A stretch of 64,000 bases of DNA from Chloroflexota bacterium (GTDB lineage: Bacteria; Chloroflexota; Limnocylindria; Limnocylindrales; CSP1-4), in contig JAJYNJ010000080.1 of NCBI GenBank assembly GCA_021786385.1, positions 195 to 64,194 of the forward strand. The letters are read 5' to 3'. The translations under genes and the position numbers were made by a program. Shown one piece after another: positions 1-10,100 of this stretch. The notes under the pieces are model-generated. The model was not told the DNA's origin. It searched no databases and worked only from the letters and a program-made list of their open reading frames with translations. The first letter of the stretch is position 1. The number at the start of each line of letters is the position of its first letter.

Positions 1-77
1 CTGCTCCCCTGGGGCGTGCTCGTCGGGGGGCTCTGGCTCGTTGCCGTCTCGGTCATTCGGCGGGGAGGTACCGTCCG

Positions 78-1064
78 TTGAGCATCGAGGATCGCCTGGG
101 CGCCGCCCGGGCGCGCGCCGCCGCGGAGCGGAAGCGGCAGGGGCTCCCGGAGCTGGCCGAGGCCGCGCTCGGCGTGATCGGCGGGTCCGGGCTCTACGAG
201 ATCGAGGGGTTGCGGGACGTGGTCGAGGTGCGCCCCGTCACGCCTTACGGCCGGCCGTCCGATGCACTGGTCGTCGGGTCGCTCGGGGCGACGCGCGTCG
301 CGTTCCTGCCGCGCCATGGCCGCGGGCACCGGCTCACCCCGTCCGAGGTGCCCTATCGCGCGAATATCTACGCCCTGCGGCTGCTGGGCGTCGGGTCGGT
401 GGTCGCGGTCTCGGCCTGTGGCTCGATGCGCGAGGAGATCCGCCCACGCGACGTGGTCGTCCCAGATCAGTTCATCGACCGCACGAAGGACCGCCCCGCG
501 ACGCTGTATGGTGCCGGGGTGGTCGTGCACGTCGCATTCGCCGACCCGTTCTGCCCCGTCCTCTCGGCCCGCCTCGCCGACGAGGCCGAAAGGGTCTTCG
601 CGGCGTCCGACGCAGCGTTGGCGGGGACGCCGGCCGCGCGACGCGTCCATCGCGGTGGCACCTATCTCACGATGGAGGGCCCGCAGTTCTCGACGCGTGC
701 CGAGTCACACCTCTACCGGAGTTGGGGCGTCAGCGTGATCGGCATGACCGGCCTGCCCGAGGCGAAGTTGGCCCGCGAGGCCGAGCTCTGCTACGGGATG
801 CTTGCCTACGCGACCGACTACGACTGCTGGCGCGCGGCCGAGGAGGCCGTGACGGTCGCCCAGGTCGTCGCCAACCTCGGGGCAAACATCGCGTCCGCCA
901 AGGAGATCCTACGTGGGCTGACGGCCACTGGCGTGCCCGCACGTGACCACTGCGGGTGCGCCTCCGCGCTGGCGGGCGCGGTCCAGACCGATCCGTCCGC
1001 GGTCGACTGGGATCGTGTGCGGGAGCTCGCGCTGTTGCTCGGCGGAGAGCTGCCGCTCGACTGA
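78..1064 (+). CDS. mtnP: S-methyl-5'-thioadenosine phosphorylase (purine nucleoside phosphorylase family)
   Basis: 328 aa ORF with the MTAP N-terminal P-loop-like signature GVIGGSGLY. Conserved PNP-family segments follow (RHGRGH, VGSVVAVSACGS, MTGLPEAKLAREAEL). Confidence 0.85.
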   Translation: MSIEDRLGAARARAAAERKRQGLPELAEAALGVIGGSGLYEIEGLRDVVEVRPVTPYGRPSDALVVGSLGATRVAFLPRHGRGHRLTPSEVPYRANIYALRLLGVGSVVAVSACGSMREEIRPRDVVVPDQFIDRTKDRPATLYGAGVVVHVAFADPFCPVLSARLADEAERVFAASDAALAGTPAARRVHRGGTYLTMEGPQFSTRAESHLYRSWGVSVIGMTGLPEAKLAREAELCYGMLAYATDYDCWRAAEEAVTVAQVVANLGANIASAKEILRGLTATGVPARDHCGCASALAGAVQTDPSAVDWDRVRELALLLGGELPLD

Positions 1065-1131
1065 ACGGGGGGCGCCGAACGGAAGAGCCGCCGTGGGGCG
1101 CGGCGAGACGCGCGGCGCTGGTGCCGTCACG

Positions 1132-1990
1132 ATGCGTCACAATCGAGCGATGCCGCTGATCAGCGCCGAGGCGCTCCTCGCCCGGATCGGCGACCCCGAT
1201 CTCCGCATCGTCGACGCACGCTGGTACCTCGGCCAGCCCGGGCGGGGTCGCGCGGCCTACGAGATCGGCCATCTTCCCGGCGCCGTCCACCTCGACCTCG
1301 ACGCCGACCTCAGTGGACCGCAGGGGCCGGGGCGCCATCCGCTGCCGGACCCCGCGAACTTCGCGCGGCGGATGGGCGAGGTCGGCATCGGATCGGGCCA
1401 CCTCGTCGTGGGGTACGACGACGTGGGCGGCTGGGTCGCCGCGCGCCTCCGGTGGATGCTCGAACGGCTGGGACACCGTCGCGTGCGCGTCCTCGACGGC
1501 GGGCTGCGCGCCTGGCTCGCCGCCGGTGGCTCGCTGACGACCGCGCGCCCTGCATGGCCCGCCGCGCAGTTCGGCATCACTGGCGGGTGGACGGGCACGA
1601 TCGACCGAGACGCGCTCCGTGCCCGCCTCGGTCGGGTCGTGTTGCTCGACGCTCGCGCGGCTGAGCGATACCGTGGTGAGGTGGAGCCGATCGACCCGGT
1701 CGCCGGTCACATCCCCACCGCGATCAGCGCACCGCTCGAGGGGAACCTGGCGCCCGACGGCCGCTTCCTGTCGCCCGCCGCGCTCGCCGAGCGCTTCCGG
1801 GCGTTCGGGGCAGGCGGGGCGCAGGAGGTCGTGACGTACTGTGGCAGCGGGACCTCGTCGCTGCATCACGCCCTCGCGATGCGGCTGGCTGGCCTGCCCG
1901 ATCCGACGCTCTATGTTGGGTCGTGGAGCGACTGGAGCCGCGCGGGCTACCCGGTCGCGACGGGGCCCGAACCGGGGACGCCGCATGACC
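1132..1990 (+). CDS. Thiosulfate/3-mercaptopyruvate sulfurtransferase (two-domain rhodanese). The 3' end is unresolved: there is no in-frame stop until 2847.
   Basis: Tandem rhodanese domains with the catalytic Cys motif YCGSGTSS and a typical C-terminus ...GSWSDWSRAGYPVA. ATG candidates sit at 1132 and 1150. The reading frame then runs on without a stop for another ~285 codons of low-complexity sequence, overlapping the next gene. Confidence 0.6.
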
Positions 1991-3568
1991 CGCCCGGCAG
2001 GCGTGGCCCGGATTTCCGCGGCGGTCGGGATCGCCGGGGCGCCGCGCGTGCCGCCGCGCGGCATCCTACACGCGTGGGTGCTCGGCAGCGCGCTGCTGGC
2101 CGCGTGTGGGGGCTCTGTGCCCCCGTCCCTCACGCCGACCGCGGCGGGGGAGGTGGTCTCCCCGACGGCATCTGCGCCGTCCGCGGCGGAGAGCGCGTCC
2201 ATCGTCGGCTCGCCGCGGAGTTCCGCGGTGTCGCCGCCCGGCGCCCCTTCCGCCGCGGCGCCATCGTCGTCGGGTGCGCCGCGTACGACGCGCGTCTCCC
2301 CGTCGGTGGCCGCGTCGACCGCAACGGACTGGCCGGTCTACCACCGCGACGCCCTCCGAACGGGGTACGACCCCGCGTTCGTCGCCCCGCGCCGCTCGCT
2401 GACCGTCGCCTGGTCCGCGGCCCTCGACGGCGCGGTCTACGCGGAGCCGCTCGTCGTGGCCGGAAACGTGATCGCGGCCACCGAGAACGACACGGTCTAT
2501 GCGCTCGACCCACTCGACGGCGCGGTCCGCTGGCAGCGCCATCTCGGCACGCCGGTGCCCCTCTCGTCGCTGCCGTGCGGCAACATCGACCCGCTCGGCA
2601 TCACCGGCACGCCGGCCTACGACCCGGGCAGCGGATCGCTCTTCCTCGTGGCCGAGGTGAGCGGTCCGCGCCACGTGCTCTTCGCGCTCGACCCGCTGCG
2701 GGGATCGGTGCGCTGGTCGCGCGGCGTGGACCTGCCCGGCGACGACCCCAGGACGCACCAGCAACGTCCGGCGCTGGCGGTAGCCAACGGGTACGTCTAC
2801 ATCGGGTTCGGCGGGCTGGCCGGAGACTGCGGCGACTACCGCGGTGAGGTCGTAGGGGTGCTCACCTCCGGGCAGGGCGCGACGCTCGCGTACCGGGTCC
2901 CCACCTCACGCGAGGGCGGGATCTGGGCGACCGGGGGCCCCGTCATCGATGGCGCGGGCCACCTCTACGTGTCGGTCGGCAACGGCAGCTCCACCACGAC
3001 GTACGATGGCAGCGACGCGGTCGTCGAGCTCTCGCCCTCGCTGCAGCTGCTCTCGCGCTTCGCGCCCACGACCTGGGCGCAGGACAACGCGGTCGACGCG
3101 GACCTCGGCTCGATGAGCCCGGTTCTGGTGCCCGGGGGCTGGGTCTTCATCGCGGGCAAGAGCGGCACGGGCTACACGCTCCGCCAGGGCGCGCTGGGTG
3201 GGGTCGGCGGGCAGGTCGCCTCGGCACCTGTGTGCGCGGGGTTCGGTGGCGCGGCGCAGGTCGGCACGACGGTGTTCGTGCCGTGCAGCGACGGCCTGCG
3301 CGCGGTGCAAATCTGGACCGATGGGTCGATCCATGCGGTCTGGCGGACCGGCTCCGGCGCCGCTGGCCCGCCGGTCGTGGGTGGGGGCGCCATCTGGAGC
3401 CTGAACCTCGAGGCGGGGGATCTCGTCGAGCTGGAGGTCGGGACCGGCGCGGCGACGGCGCGGGTCGCGGTCGGCGCGGTGCCCCATTTCGCGTCGCCGA
3501 CCCTCTGGAGCGGTCGCGCCTTCGTGGGCACGATGCACGGCGTCGTGGCCGTGGCCGGGTCCCAGTGA
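1985..3568 (+). CDS. PQQ-repeat beta-propeller lipoprotein (BamB/PQQ enzyme-repeat family)
   Basis: Signal peptide with a lipobox (…LGSALLAACGGS). Repeated PQQ-like beta-propeller motifs follow (DGAVYAEPLVVAGNVIAATENDTVYALDPLDGAVRWQ, GHLYVSVGNG, and others). The ATG at 1985 lies inside the upstream rhodanese frame. Confidence 0.75.
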   Translation: MTRPAGVARISAAVGIAGAPRVPPRGILHAWVLGSALLAACGGSVPPSLTPTAAGEVVSPTASAPSAAESASIVGSPRSSAVSPPGAPSAAAPSSSGAPRTTRVSPSVAASTATDWPVYHRDALRTGYDPAFVAPRRSLTVAWSAALDGAVYAEPLVVAGNVIAATENDTVYALDPLDGAVRWQRHLGTPVPLSSLPCGNIDPLGITGTPAYDPGSGSLFLVAEVSGPRHVLFALDPLRGSVRWSRGVDLPGDDPRTHQQRPALAVANGYVYIGFGGLAGDCGDYRGEVVGVLTSGQGATLAYRVPTSREGGIWATGGPVIDGAGHLYVSVGNGSSTTTYDGSDAVVELSPSLQLLSRFAPTTWAQDNAVDADLGSMSPVLVPGGWVFIAGKSGTGYTLRQGALGGVGGQVASAPVCAGFGGAAQVGTTVFVPCSDGLRAVQIWTDGSIHAVWRTGSGAAGPPVVGGGAIWSLNLEAGDLVELEVGTGAATARVAVGAVPHFASPTLWSGRAFVGTMHGVVAVAGSQ

Positions 3569-3823
3569 GCGATCCGGTCCCCGTGCCACCGCCGGGGCGA
3601 CGCGGGGCCGGCGACGGCCACGGGGGGGCCGGCGGGAGCCACGTGCGATCACCGTGCGACACGAGGCGCTGCCGAGACGTGGCGCGGTCTGCGCAGAGAT
3701 CATGCGCCGGCGTGCGTTCCGTGCCATCCTCTCTGGTGCGCACGGTCAACACCGCGCGACGGAACCCCGCGTCATCTCCGCGTATCGAGACCACGCGATC
3801 GGCACTGCAGGAGTGTTCCGAAG

Positions 3824-6121
3824 ATGGATGCGAGCCCAGCGGAGCCTGGCGGGAGACGCACCAGGCGTCGTGGCGGGCGACCGGCGCGCCGCCCTCCGAG
3901 TCCCACCCCCTTCGTCCAGGAAGTCATCCTGGCCCATCTCCACGACGCCGTCTTCGCCACGGATCCCGAGAACCGCGTGACCTTTTGGGGCCCGTCGGCG
4001 GAGCGGTTGTTCGGGTACTCGGCGGCGGAGGCGGTCGGCCGGCCGTTCGGCGAGCTGCTGCCATACCAGATGGCAACGCCGTCCGACGAGGCGAGCTTCC
4101 TTGCCACGCTGCGCGAGGGCCGGACGTGGCGCGGCTCGGGGACCGTGCGGCTGCGCGACGGCTCGGAGATCTGGGTCGAGTCGGCGGTCCAGCCCATCGT
4201 GGAGGGTGGGCAGCTGATTGGCAGCGTCTCGGTGAGCCGCGACATCACCGCCGCTGTCGAGGCGCAGCGGACGCTGGTGGAGCAGGAGCGCTTCGTCAAT
4301 GCCATCATCGATGTGGCCGAGGCGCTCGTCACCGTGCTCGACGCGAGTGGCCGCATCATCCGCTTCAACCGGGCCTGTGAGCGGCTGAGCGGCTACACGT
4401 ACGCCGAAGTCGTGGGTCGTCCGTTGTGGGACCTCCTGGTTCCCGAATCCGAGGCGGCGGCCGCGCGTGCGGCGCTGGCGGACCTGTTGGCCGGCAACTT
4501 CCCGAAGCGGTTCGAGAACCATTGGCAGACCCGCAGCGGCGAGCTGCGCCGCCTGGCCTGGTCGATCACCTGTCTGGTGGGCGCGGACGGCGCGGTGACG
4601 CACGTCATCGGGACCGGCCTAGACGTGACGGACATGCGCCGGACCTCCGACGCGCTGCGCGGAATCGAGGCGGTGGGCCGCCTGCTGACGACCGCCGGCC
4701 CCACCGACCAGGTCCTCGACGCGGTGTTGCGGCAGCTGTCGGGCCAGATGGGGTACGCGTTCCTGACGCTCGTCCTGCGCGAAGGTGACCACTGGCGGCT
4801 CGGCGCCCAGCTCGGCTATCCGACGCTGCAGCCGTACTTCGATCCCGCCGTGGGCGTCATCGGCCGGGTGATCCGGACGGGCGAGCCCGCGTTCGTGACC
4901 GACGTGTCGAGCGATCCCGACTACCACGCGGACAGTCCGGACGCGCGCAGCGAGATCTGCGTGCCGCTACGGGCCGAGGGGGAGACGCTGGGCGTGCTCG
5001 ACATCGAGTCGACGGAGTCCGCGCCGCTCAGCGAGAACGACCTGCGGCTCGCGCTCGCGGTGGCCGACCGTCTGGCGAGTGCCCTGCTGCTCGGGCGCGA
5101 CCAGCTCGCCCTGCGCGACCGGGCCCGCGTCTTCGCAGCGCTGACGGAGTTCGGGCGCACGGTGAACGCGATCCACGACACCGGGCAGCTCTGGCCAGCG
5201 TTGGTCGAAGCCGTGCGGGCTGTCGTGTCGTGCGATGTCGTCACGCTGACCACGCTCGACCGAACCACAGGTCAGTACGTCGTGCGCGCGGTGGTGGGCG
5301 GCAGCCCGTCGATGGTCGGAAGCATCGTGCAGCCGGGCGAAGGAGCGGCGGGCCGGGCGATGACGAGCCGGACGCTCATCGTGATCGAGAATCTGCCCCG
5401 TGAGCGCTACGCCGCCTGGGCACGCGATCGGATCCCCCACGACTCGCTCGCGGTCGCCGCAGTCCCGCTGATCCGGGAGGGGGCCGTCCTCGGCGCCATC
5501 GTCGTCGGCCGCGCGGATCCGCGGGCGTTCGGCCCCCTCGAACTGGAGGCGATCGCCCTGCTCGGCGCCCACGGAGCCCTGGCGGTGGCGAACGCGCACC
5601 TCCTCGAGGAGGTGTCGGAGCTCGCCATCCACGACGGCCTGACGGGCCTCTACAACCGCCGTCACTTCGACGCGGCGCTCGACCACATGCTGGCGCGCTG
5701 GCGGCGACAGCCGGCCGGCCGGTCCCTCGCCGCGATCATGTTCGACCTCGATCACTTCGGCGCGTTCAACCGCCAGCACGGCCACCAGGCCGGTGACGAG
5801 GTACTGCGCGTCTTCGCGGGCGTCCTGCGCGAGCGGGTGCGGTCCTCCGACCTGGTCGCGCGCTACGGGGGCGAGGAGTTCGTGGTGGTCCTCGAGGACT
5901 GTGGCCTCGAGGACGCCGTGGCGGTGGCGGAGTCGGTCCGCAGTGCGCTCGAGGGTCGCGCCGTCGCGGCGCCGGGAGGCGCCCTGCTGCACGCGACGGT
6001 GTCCGCCGGGTGCGCGGCGCTCGATCGGGCCGCGCCGACGAAGGAGGCCCTCCTGCGGTCGGCCGACGTGGCCCTCTTCATGGCCAAGCGGGCCGGCCGC
6101 AACCAGGTAGTGGCCGTCTAG
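3824..6121 (+). CDS. Multi-sensor diguanylate cyclase (PAS-PAS-GAF-GAF-GGDEF)
   Basis: There are two PAS-like segments and GAF-like segments. The C-terminal GGDEF domain carries an intact GGEEF active-site motif (RYGGEEFVVVLED) and the RxxD I-site context. No EAL domain is present. Confidence 0.85.
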   Translation: MDASPAEPGGRRTRRRGGRPARRPPSPTPFVQEVILAHLHDAVFATDPENRVTFWGPSAERLFGYSAAEAVGRPFGELLPYQMATPSDEASFLATLREGRTWRGSGTVRLRDGSEIWVESAVQPIVEGGQLIGSVSVSRDITAAVEAQRTLVEQERFVNAIIDVAEALVTVLDASGRIIRFNRACERLSGYTYAEVVGRPLWDLLVPESEAAAARAALADLLAGNFPKRFENHWQTRSGELRRLAWSITCLVGADGAVTHVIGTGLDVTDMRRTSDALRGIEAVGRLLTTAGPTDQVLDAVLRQLSGQMGYAFLTLVLREGDHWRLGAQLGYPTLQPYFDPAVGVIGRVIRTGEPAFVTDVSSDPDYHADSPDARSEICVPLRAEGETLGVLDIESTESAPLSENDLRLALAVADRLASALLLGRDQLALRDRARVFAALTEFGRTVNAIHDTGQLWPALVEAVRAVVSCDVVTLTTLDRTTGQYVVRAVVGGSPSMVGSIVQPGEGAAGRAMTSRTLIVIENLPRERYAAWARDRIPHDSLAVAAVPLIREGAVLGAIVVGRADPRAFGPLELEAIALLGAHGALAVANAHLLEEVSELAIHDGLTGLYNRRHFDAALDHMLARWRRQPAGRSLAAIMFDLDHFGAFNRQHGHQAGDEVLRVFAGVLRERVRSSDLVARYGGEEFVVVLEDCGLEDAVAVAESVRSALEGRAVAAPGGALLHATVSAGCAALDRAAPTKEALLRSADVALFMAKRAGRNQVVAV

Positions 6122-6142
6122 GTCCGGGTCGCCGGCGACCGA

Positions 6143-7081
6143 TCAGCCCGCCGCGCGCAGCGGTCCGGCCGTGCCACTGGCCTCCGCCTGAACCGCCAGG
6201 AGCTCGTCATCGCCCGAACGCGTGTAGTAGCGCCGATAGTCGGCGGGCGACATCGAGCTGTAGCGGCGGAACACCGTATAGAACTGGTGGATGTTCGTGT
6301 AGCCGACGCTGCGCGCGATGTCGGAGACGTTGACGTCCGTGCTCAGGAGCAGCCGGCGCGCCTCGGCCAGCCGCAGGCTCGTCACGTACTCCTTGAACCC
6401 GAGGCTCGTGGCGTCCTTGAACAGGTGTCGGACACGCGATGGGCTGACGTGGACGAATGCCGAGACCCGCTCGAGCGTGATGCGCTCCCGGAAGTGGCGC
6501 CTGACGTACTCCAGGACCGGGCGCAGCTGCTCAGGTGCCAGACCGTCCACCGGCCATGCCGGGGCGGCCGCGGCCGGGCGACCGTGGCTGATCAGCACGC
6601 CGAGCGCCCGCCGCAGGTTCGCGTCGAGGAGGTGGCGGTCCGCGCGCCGGCGCCGATCCCAGATGGTCCGCAGTTCGACCAGGATGGGGGCCAGTTCCGT
6701 GGCCAGCGGCGTCGTGTGCGGGATGCGGTTCGCGGAGGGGCGACCCGGATGCCAGAAGGGCGAGAGGTACTGTGCGTCGAACGTGCGGCATCCCGGCGCG
6801 GTGATCAGCTCGGGTCGGAAGAGCACCAGGAGCAGGCGGAGCGACCCGGTCGGCTCGCCAATGCCGACGTGTGGTTCGGCGTTGTCGACCAAGAAGATGT
6901 CGCCCGTTTCGATCGGGTACGCCCGGCGGCCGAACAAGAAGCGGCCGCGGCCCTCGAGGCAGAGCGCGATCTCCAGGTAATCGTGCCAGTGCATACGGTC
7001 CTGACCGCCACGGGTCTCGTGCTCGAGCACCGAGAGCGGGAAGTCCGGGTCGAGGTCGTGGTGCCAGAAGAACACGGCCAC
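6143..7081 (-). CDS. AraC-family transcriptional regulator (N-terminal cupin sensor plus C-terminal AraC HTH)
   Basis: Cupin-like N-terminus (HWHDYLEIALCLEGRG) and C-terminal AraC/XylS HTH signature (…VSDIARSVGYTNIHQFYTVFRRYSSMSPADYRR). It is divergent from the flavoenzyme gene at 7467. Confidence 0.85.
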   Translation of the reverse strand: MAVFFWHHDLDPDFPLSVLEHETRGGQDRMHWHDYLEIALCLEGRGRFLFGRRAYPIETGDIFLVDNAEPHVGIGEPTGSLRLLLVLFRPELITAPGCRTFDAQYLSPFWHPGRPSANRIPHTTPLATELAPILVELRTIWDRRRRADRHLLDANLRRALGVLISHGRPAAAAPAWPVDGLAPEQLRPVLEYVRRHFRERITLERVSAFVHVSPSRVRHLFKDATSLGFKEYVTSLRLAEARRLLLSTDVNVSDIARSVGYTNIHQFYTVFRRYSSMSPADYRRYYTRSGDDELLAVQAEASGTAGPLRAAG

Positions 7082-7466
7082 GGGGGAGCCCTCACTGGTG
7101 CGCGATGGGCAGCCGCGCCGGGACTCGCCGCCCGACTGCCGTCACGCTGCCCGCGATGCTGAACGTCCCGGGCGCTTGCCGGCAGAGCCGGATGGATCGA
7201 AAGCAGCTCCATCCCAGGGCCCGCGGGAGCGCACGGTCGGCCACGTGCCGCCGGGCCGCCGGGCCGCCGGGCCGGCGTGCCGTCCCGTGGCCCGACCCGG
7301 TCCGTCCGGGGACCGGGCAGCCATTCCTGCCAGTTTCTCGGCCGCTCTTGACATTGTCGCCGCGCCGCGCCCGCCCCAGACTCGGACCGGGCGCAGTCCG
7401 CAGCGGTCCGTCGGGCGCCGGCACGCCGGCCTCCCGCGCACGGCCGAGGGCCCAGGAGGTACGACC

Positions 7467-9659
7467 ATGGCGCAGTTCCCGCATCTCTTCAGTCCCATCC
7501 AGCTCGGCCACCTGGAGCTCCCCAACCGCATCGTCCACGTCCCCACCGACATCAGTTCCTCGCACGCGGACGGTGAAGTGAGCGAGCGGGACATCCACCA
7601 TCACGCCGAGATCGCGCGCGGCGGCACGGGCTTCGTCATCGTCGGCGCGACGACACCGGACATGCGGACCGGTCGCCCCACCGTGACCTGTCTCGTCGCC
7701 GACGGTGACAACTACATCCCAGGACTCGCCCGCCTGGCCGAGAGCATGCATCGTTATGGAGCACGGTGTGCCGTCCAGTTGCAACACCCGGGACGCCAGT
7801 GCGCGATCCCGCGCTACAACACGCTCGGCGCCAACGATCGGGTCCTCAAACTGCCCTGGTCGGCCGGCCACGAGATCGTCTACGAGAACGCCGAGGAGAA
7901 GGGCAAGCCCGTTCGCGCCGCGACGACCGAGGAGATCCTCGAGCTGATCGACCTGTTTTCGGAGGCGGCCTGGCGGGTCAAACAGGCGGGCTTCGACGCG
8001 GTCGAGCTGCATGCCGCGCACGGGTACCTGCTCTCGGAGTTCATGAGCCCGCTCCTGAACCGCCGCACCGATCGCTTCGGCGGTGATTTCGAGAACCGCA
8101 TGCGGTTCCCGCTCGCGATCATCGACCAGATCCACAAGAAGTGCGGTGCGGAGTTCCCCGTCCTCGTGCGGTACTCGTTCGAGGAATGGGTGCCCGGTGG
8201 CCGCACACTCGAGGAGGGCGTCGAGATCGCGCGGGTGCTCGAACGCGCCGGCTGCGCCGCGATCGACCTCAGCATGGGGATCCAGGAGAGCCCGGGAGCC
8301 GGCTTCGATCCCATGCAGTATCCGCAGGGTTGGTCCGTCTACGCTGCCGAGGCGGTGAAGCGGGCGGTCCGGATCCCGGTCATCATCAGCCACTCATTGC
8401 GCGATCCCGAGTACTGCGAGCAGATCCTCGCGGAGGGCAGGACCGACCTGGTTGGCCTCTCCCGTCAGCTGCTCGCCGACCCGTACTGGCCAGTGAAGGC
8501 GCAGTACGGCCGGGTCAAGTCGATCCGCCGCTGCATCTCCTGTCTGGGCGGTTGTTGGCAGGAGTCGCTGATGGCCAAGAAGGAGATCGCCTGTTCGATC
8601 AACCCCGCGTGCGGTAACCCGGCGTACGCCGAGATGGGGCGGACCTCCCGCCCGGTGCGGGTGGCGGTCGTGGGGGGCGGGCCGGCCGGCATGGAGGCGG
8701 CGCGCATCGCGACCGAGCGCGGGCATCAGGTCACGCTCTTCGAGCAAGCGGGAGAACTCGGCGGGGCGCTCCTCTTCTGCTGCCTGGTGCCTGGCAAGGA
8801 GAAGATGCGTTGGTATCTGGACTGGATCCGCAACCAGCTGCTCGACCTGCGCGTGGAGATCCGGCTCAACCACGCGCCGACGGTCGCTGAACTGCGCGAG
8901 TTCGAGGTCGTGCTGAACGCCACGGGTGCCGTCTCCTACGTGCCCGACGTGCTCGGGGAGCGCGAGCGCGTGGTGCCGTTCGAGGCCGCGATGGCCTGTC
9001 CCAAGATCGCCTGTGAGTGCTACCCGGGTGGCCGGCGCCTACACAAGCTGGGGACGCGCGTGCTGCTCTGGGGCGATCACTACGCTGCGGCCGACACGGC
9101 GGCGTTCCTTGCGAATATCGGCAAGCAGGTGACGATCGTGACCGAGAAGCGCGAGTTCGCCGCAGAATGCGAAGTCATCCACATGTACGTGCTGCGCAAG
9201 CGCTTCGCGCAGTCCGACGCCGAGGTCCTCCACTCCCGCCCCTACAAATACCCGGTCACGGTCATCACGGAGACGACGGTCCGCGAGGTGCGCGCCGGTG
9301 CCGTGGGGCTCGAAGATCGGGCCTTCCGCCGCACGACCCTTGAAGTGGACGACATCGTGAGCTGTCACACGCGTCCGGTCCACGGCCTGTTCGACGAGCT
9401 GCGCGCGGCCGGCGTCCCGGTGGTCACCGTGGGCGATGCGGTGCGGCCACGCAACCTATACCACGCGGTCCGGGAGGGATCGGCCTTCGGGCTCGCGCTG
9501 GATGAGCGGATGCTCTTCAACCCGAACCACGCCATCATCAACGAGTTGCCGATCGACGTGCTGGGCCAGCTGACGCGCCCGGAAAGTCCCGCGTATTCCC
9601 ACCGGCAGATGCTGGCGCTCGCGGCCGCCGTGGGCAGCGACGGCGAGCGCGTTCGCTGA
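7467..9659 (+). CDS. NADH:flavin oxidoreductase of the 2,4-dienoyl-CoA reductase / trimethylamine dehydrogenase type (OYE TIM barrel, 4Fe-4S Cys cluster, FAD/NAD(P) Rossmann domain)
   Basis: ATG at 7467 with AGGAGG about 7 nt upstream. The N-terminus MAQFPHLFSPIQLGHLELPNRIV is typical of OYE enzymes. A cysteine cluster (CISCLGGCW…C…C) and a C-terminal GGGPAG dinucleotide-binding motif are present. Confidence 0.85.
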   Translation: MAQFPHLFSPIQLGHLELPNRIVHVPTDISSSHADGEVSERDIHHHAEIARGGTGFVIVGATTPDMRTGRPTVTCLVADGDNYIPGLARLAESMHRYGARCAVQLQHPGRQCAIPRYNTLGANDRVLKLPWSAGHEIVYENAEEKGKPVRAATTEEILELIDLFSEAAWRVKQAGFDAVELHAAHGYLLSEFMSPLLNRRTDRFGGDFENRMRFPLAIIDQIHKKCGAEFPVLVRYSFEEWVPGGRTLEEGVEIARVLERAGCAAIDLSMGIQESPGAGFDPMQYPQGWSVYAAEAVKRAVRIPVIISHSLRDPEYCEQILAEGRTDLVGLSRQLLADPYWPVKAQYGRVKSIRRCISCLGGCWQESLMAKKEIACSINPACGNPAYAEMGRTSRPVRVAVVGGGPAGMEAARIATERGHQVTLFEQAGELGGALLFCCLVPGKEKMRWYLDWIRNQLLDLRVEIRLNHAPTVAELREFEVVLNATGAVSYVPDVLGERERVVPFEAAMACPKIACECYPGGRRLHKLGTRVLLWGDHYAAADTAAFLANIGKQVTIVTEKREFAAECEVIHMYVLRKRFAQSDAEVLHSRPYKYPVTVITETTVREVRAGAVGLEDRAFRRTTLEVDDIVSCHTRPVHGLFDELRAAGVPVVTVGDAVRPRNLYHAVREGSAFGLALDERMLFNPNHAIINELPIDVLGQLTRPESPAYSHRQMLALAAAVGSDGERVR

Positions 9660-10054
9660 TGCGGGCGTCGGAAGGCGCAGCCAACCCTGATGGGGGGGCA
9701 CTTGTCTTGGGCGCTCAGGAGCGCCACGATTCGGGGCGCGACTCCGCGCCCGTGCGGTCGCTCCAAGCCCGGCAGGGAGACCCGCACGCCGGGCGGCACG
9801 TCGCAGCAGCGATACTCGCAGTTCGAGGTGCGTGCGGATGGGGGCGACTCTGAGAGGGACGGCGACCAAGAAGCGCTACGGCCGTGGCTGGCGGCGTGCC
9901 CGCGAGCGCGGCGCGACGTCGTGGGCTGAGCGGAAGGCGCGATCGCAGACCTACTGCCGCCAAGGTGGCGGCGCGGTGGTGGCGGCGGCACCGGACCGCC
10001 GCACCGCCGGGGGCGGTGGCCGCGAGGGGCGATAGCGCCGTCGCGCGTCGTTCA

Positions 10055-10100
10055 TCTCGGCGGCCCGCGCGCCCCACGCCGCCCACGCCGCCCACGCCGC
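10055..10100. repeat. Tandem 9-nt repeat (GCCCACGCC x3-4) in the 500-nt noncoding region downstream of the flavoenzyme gene
   Basis: Read directly: …cgccccacgccgcccacgccgcccacgccgccggc…. The PT-rich ORF 9884..10153 is its translation artefact. Confidence 0.45.

Noticed and set aside
730-2202. 490-aa minus-strand ORF and many similar long antisense ORFs across the window (for example 4967..5992 -, 7092..8393 -, 15363..16922 -, 17058..18665 +, 36169..37290 -, 42464..43576 -)
   Set aside because: They lie antisense to, or frame-shifted within, genes that have clear family motifs. Their translations are Arg/Pro/Gly/Ala-rich low-complexity strings typical of spurious ORFs in >70% GC DNA. They have no SD-like sequences or start/stop coupling.
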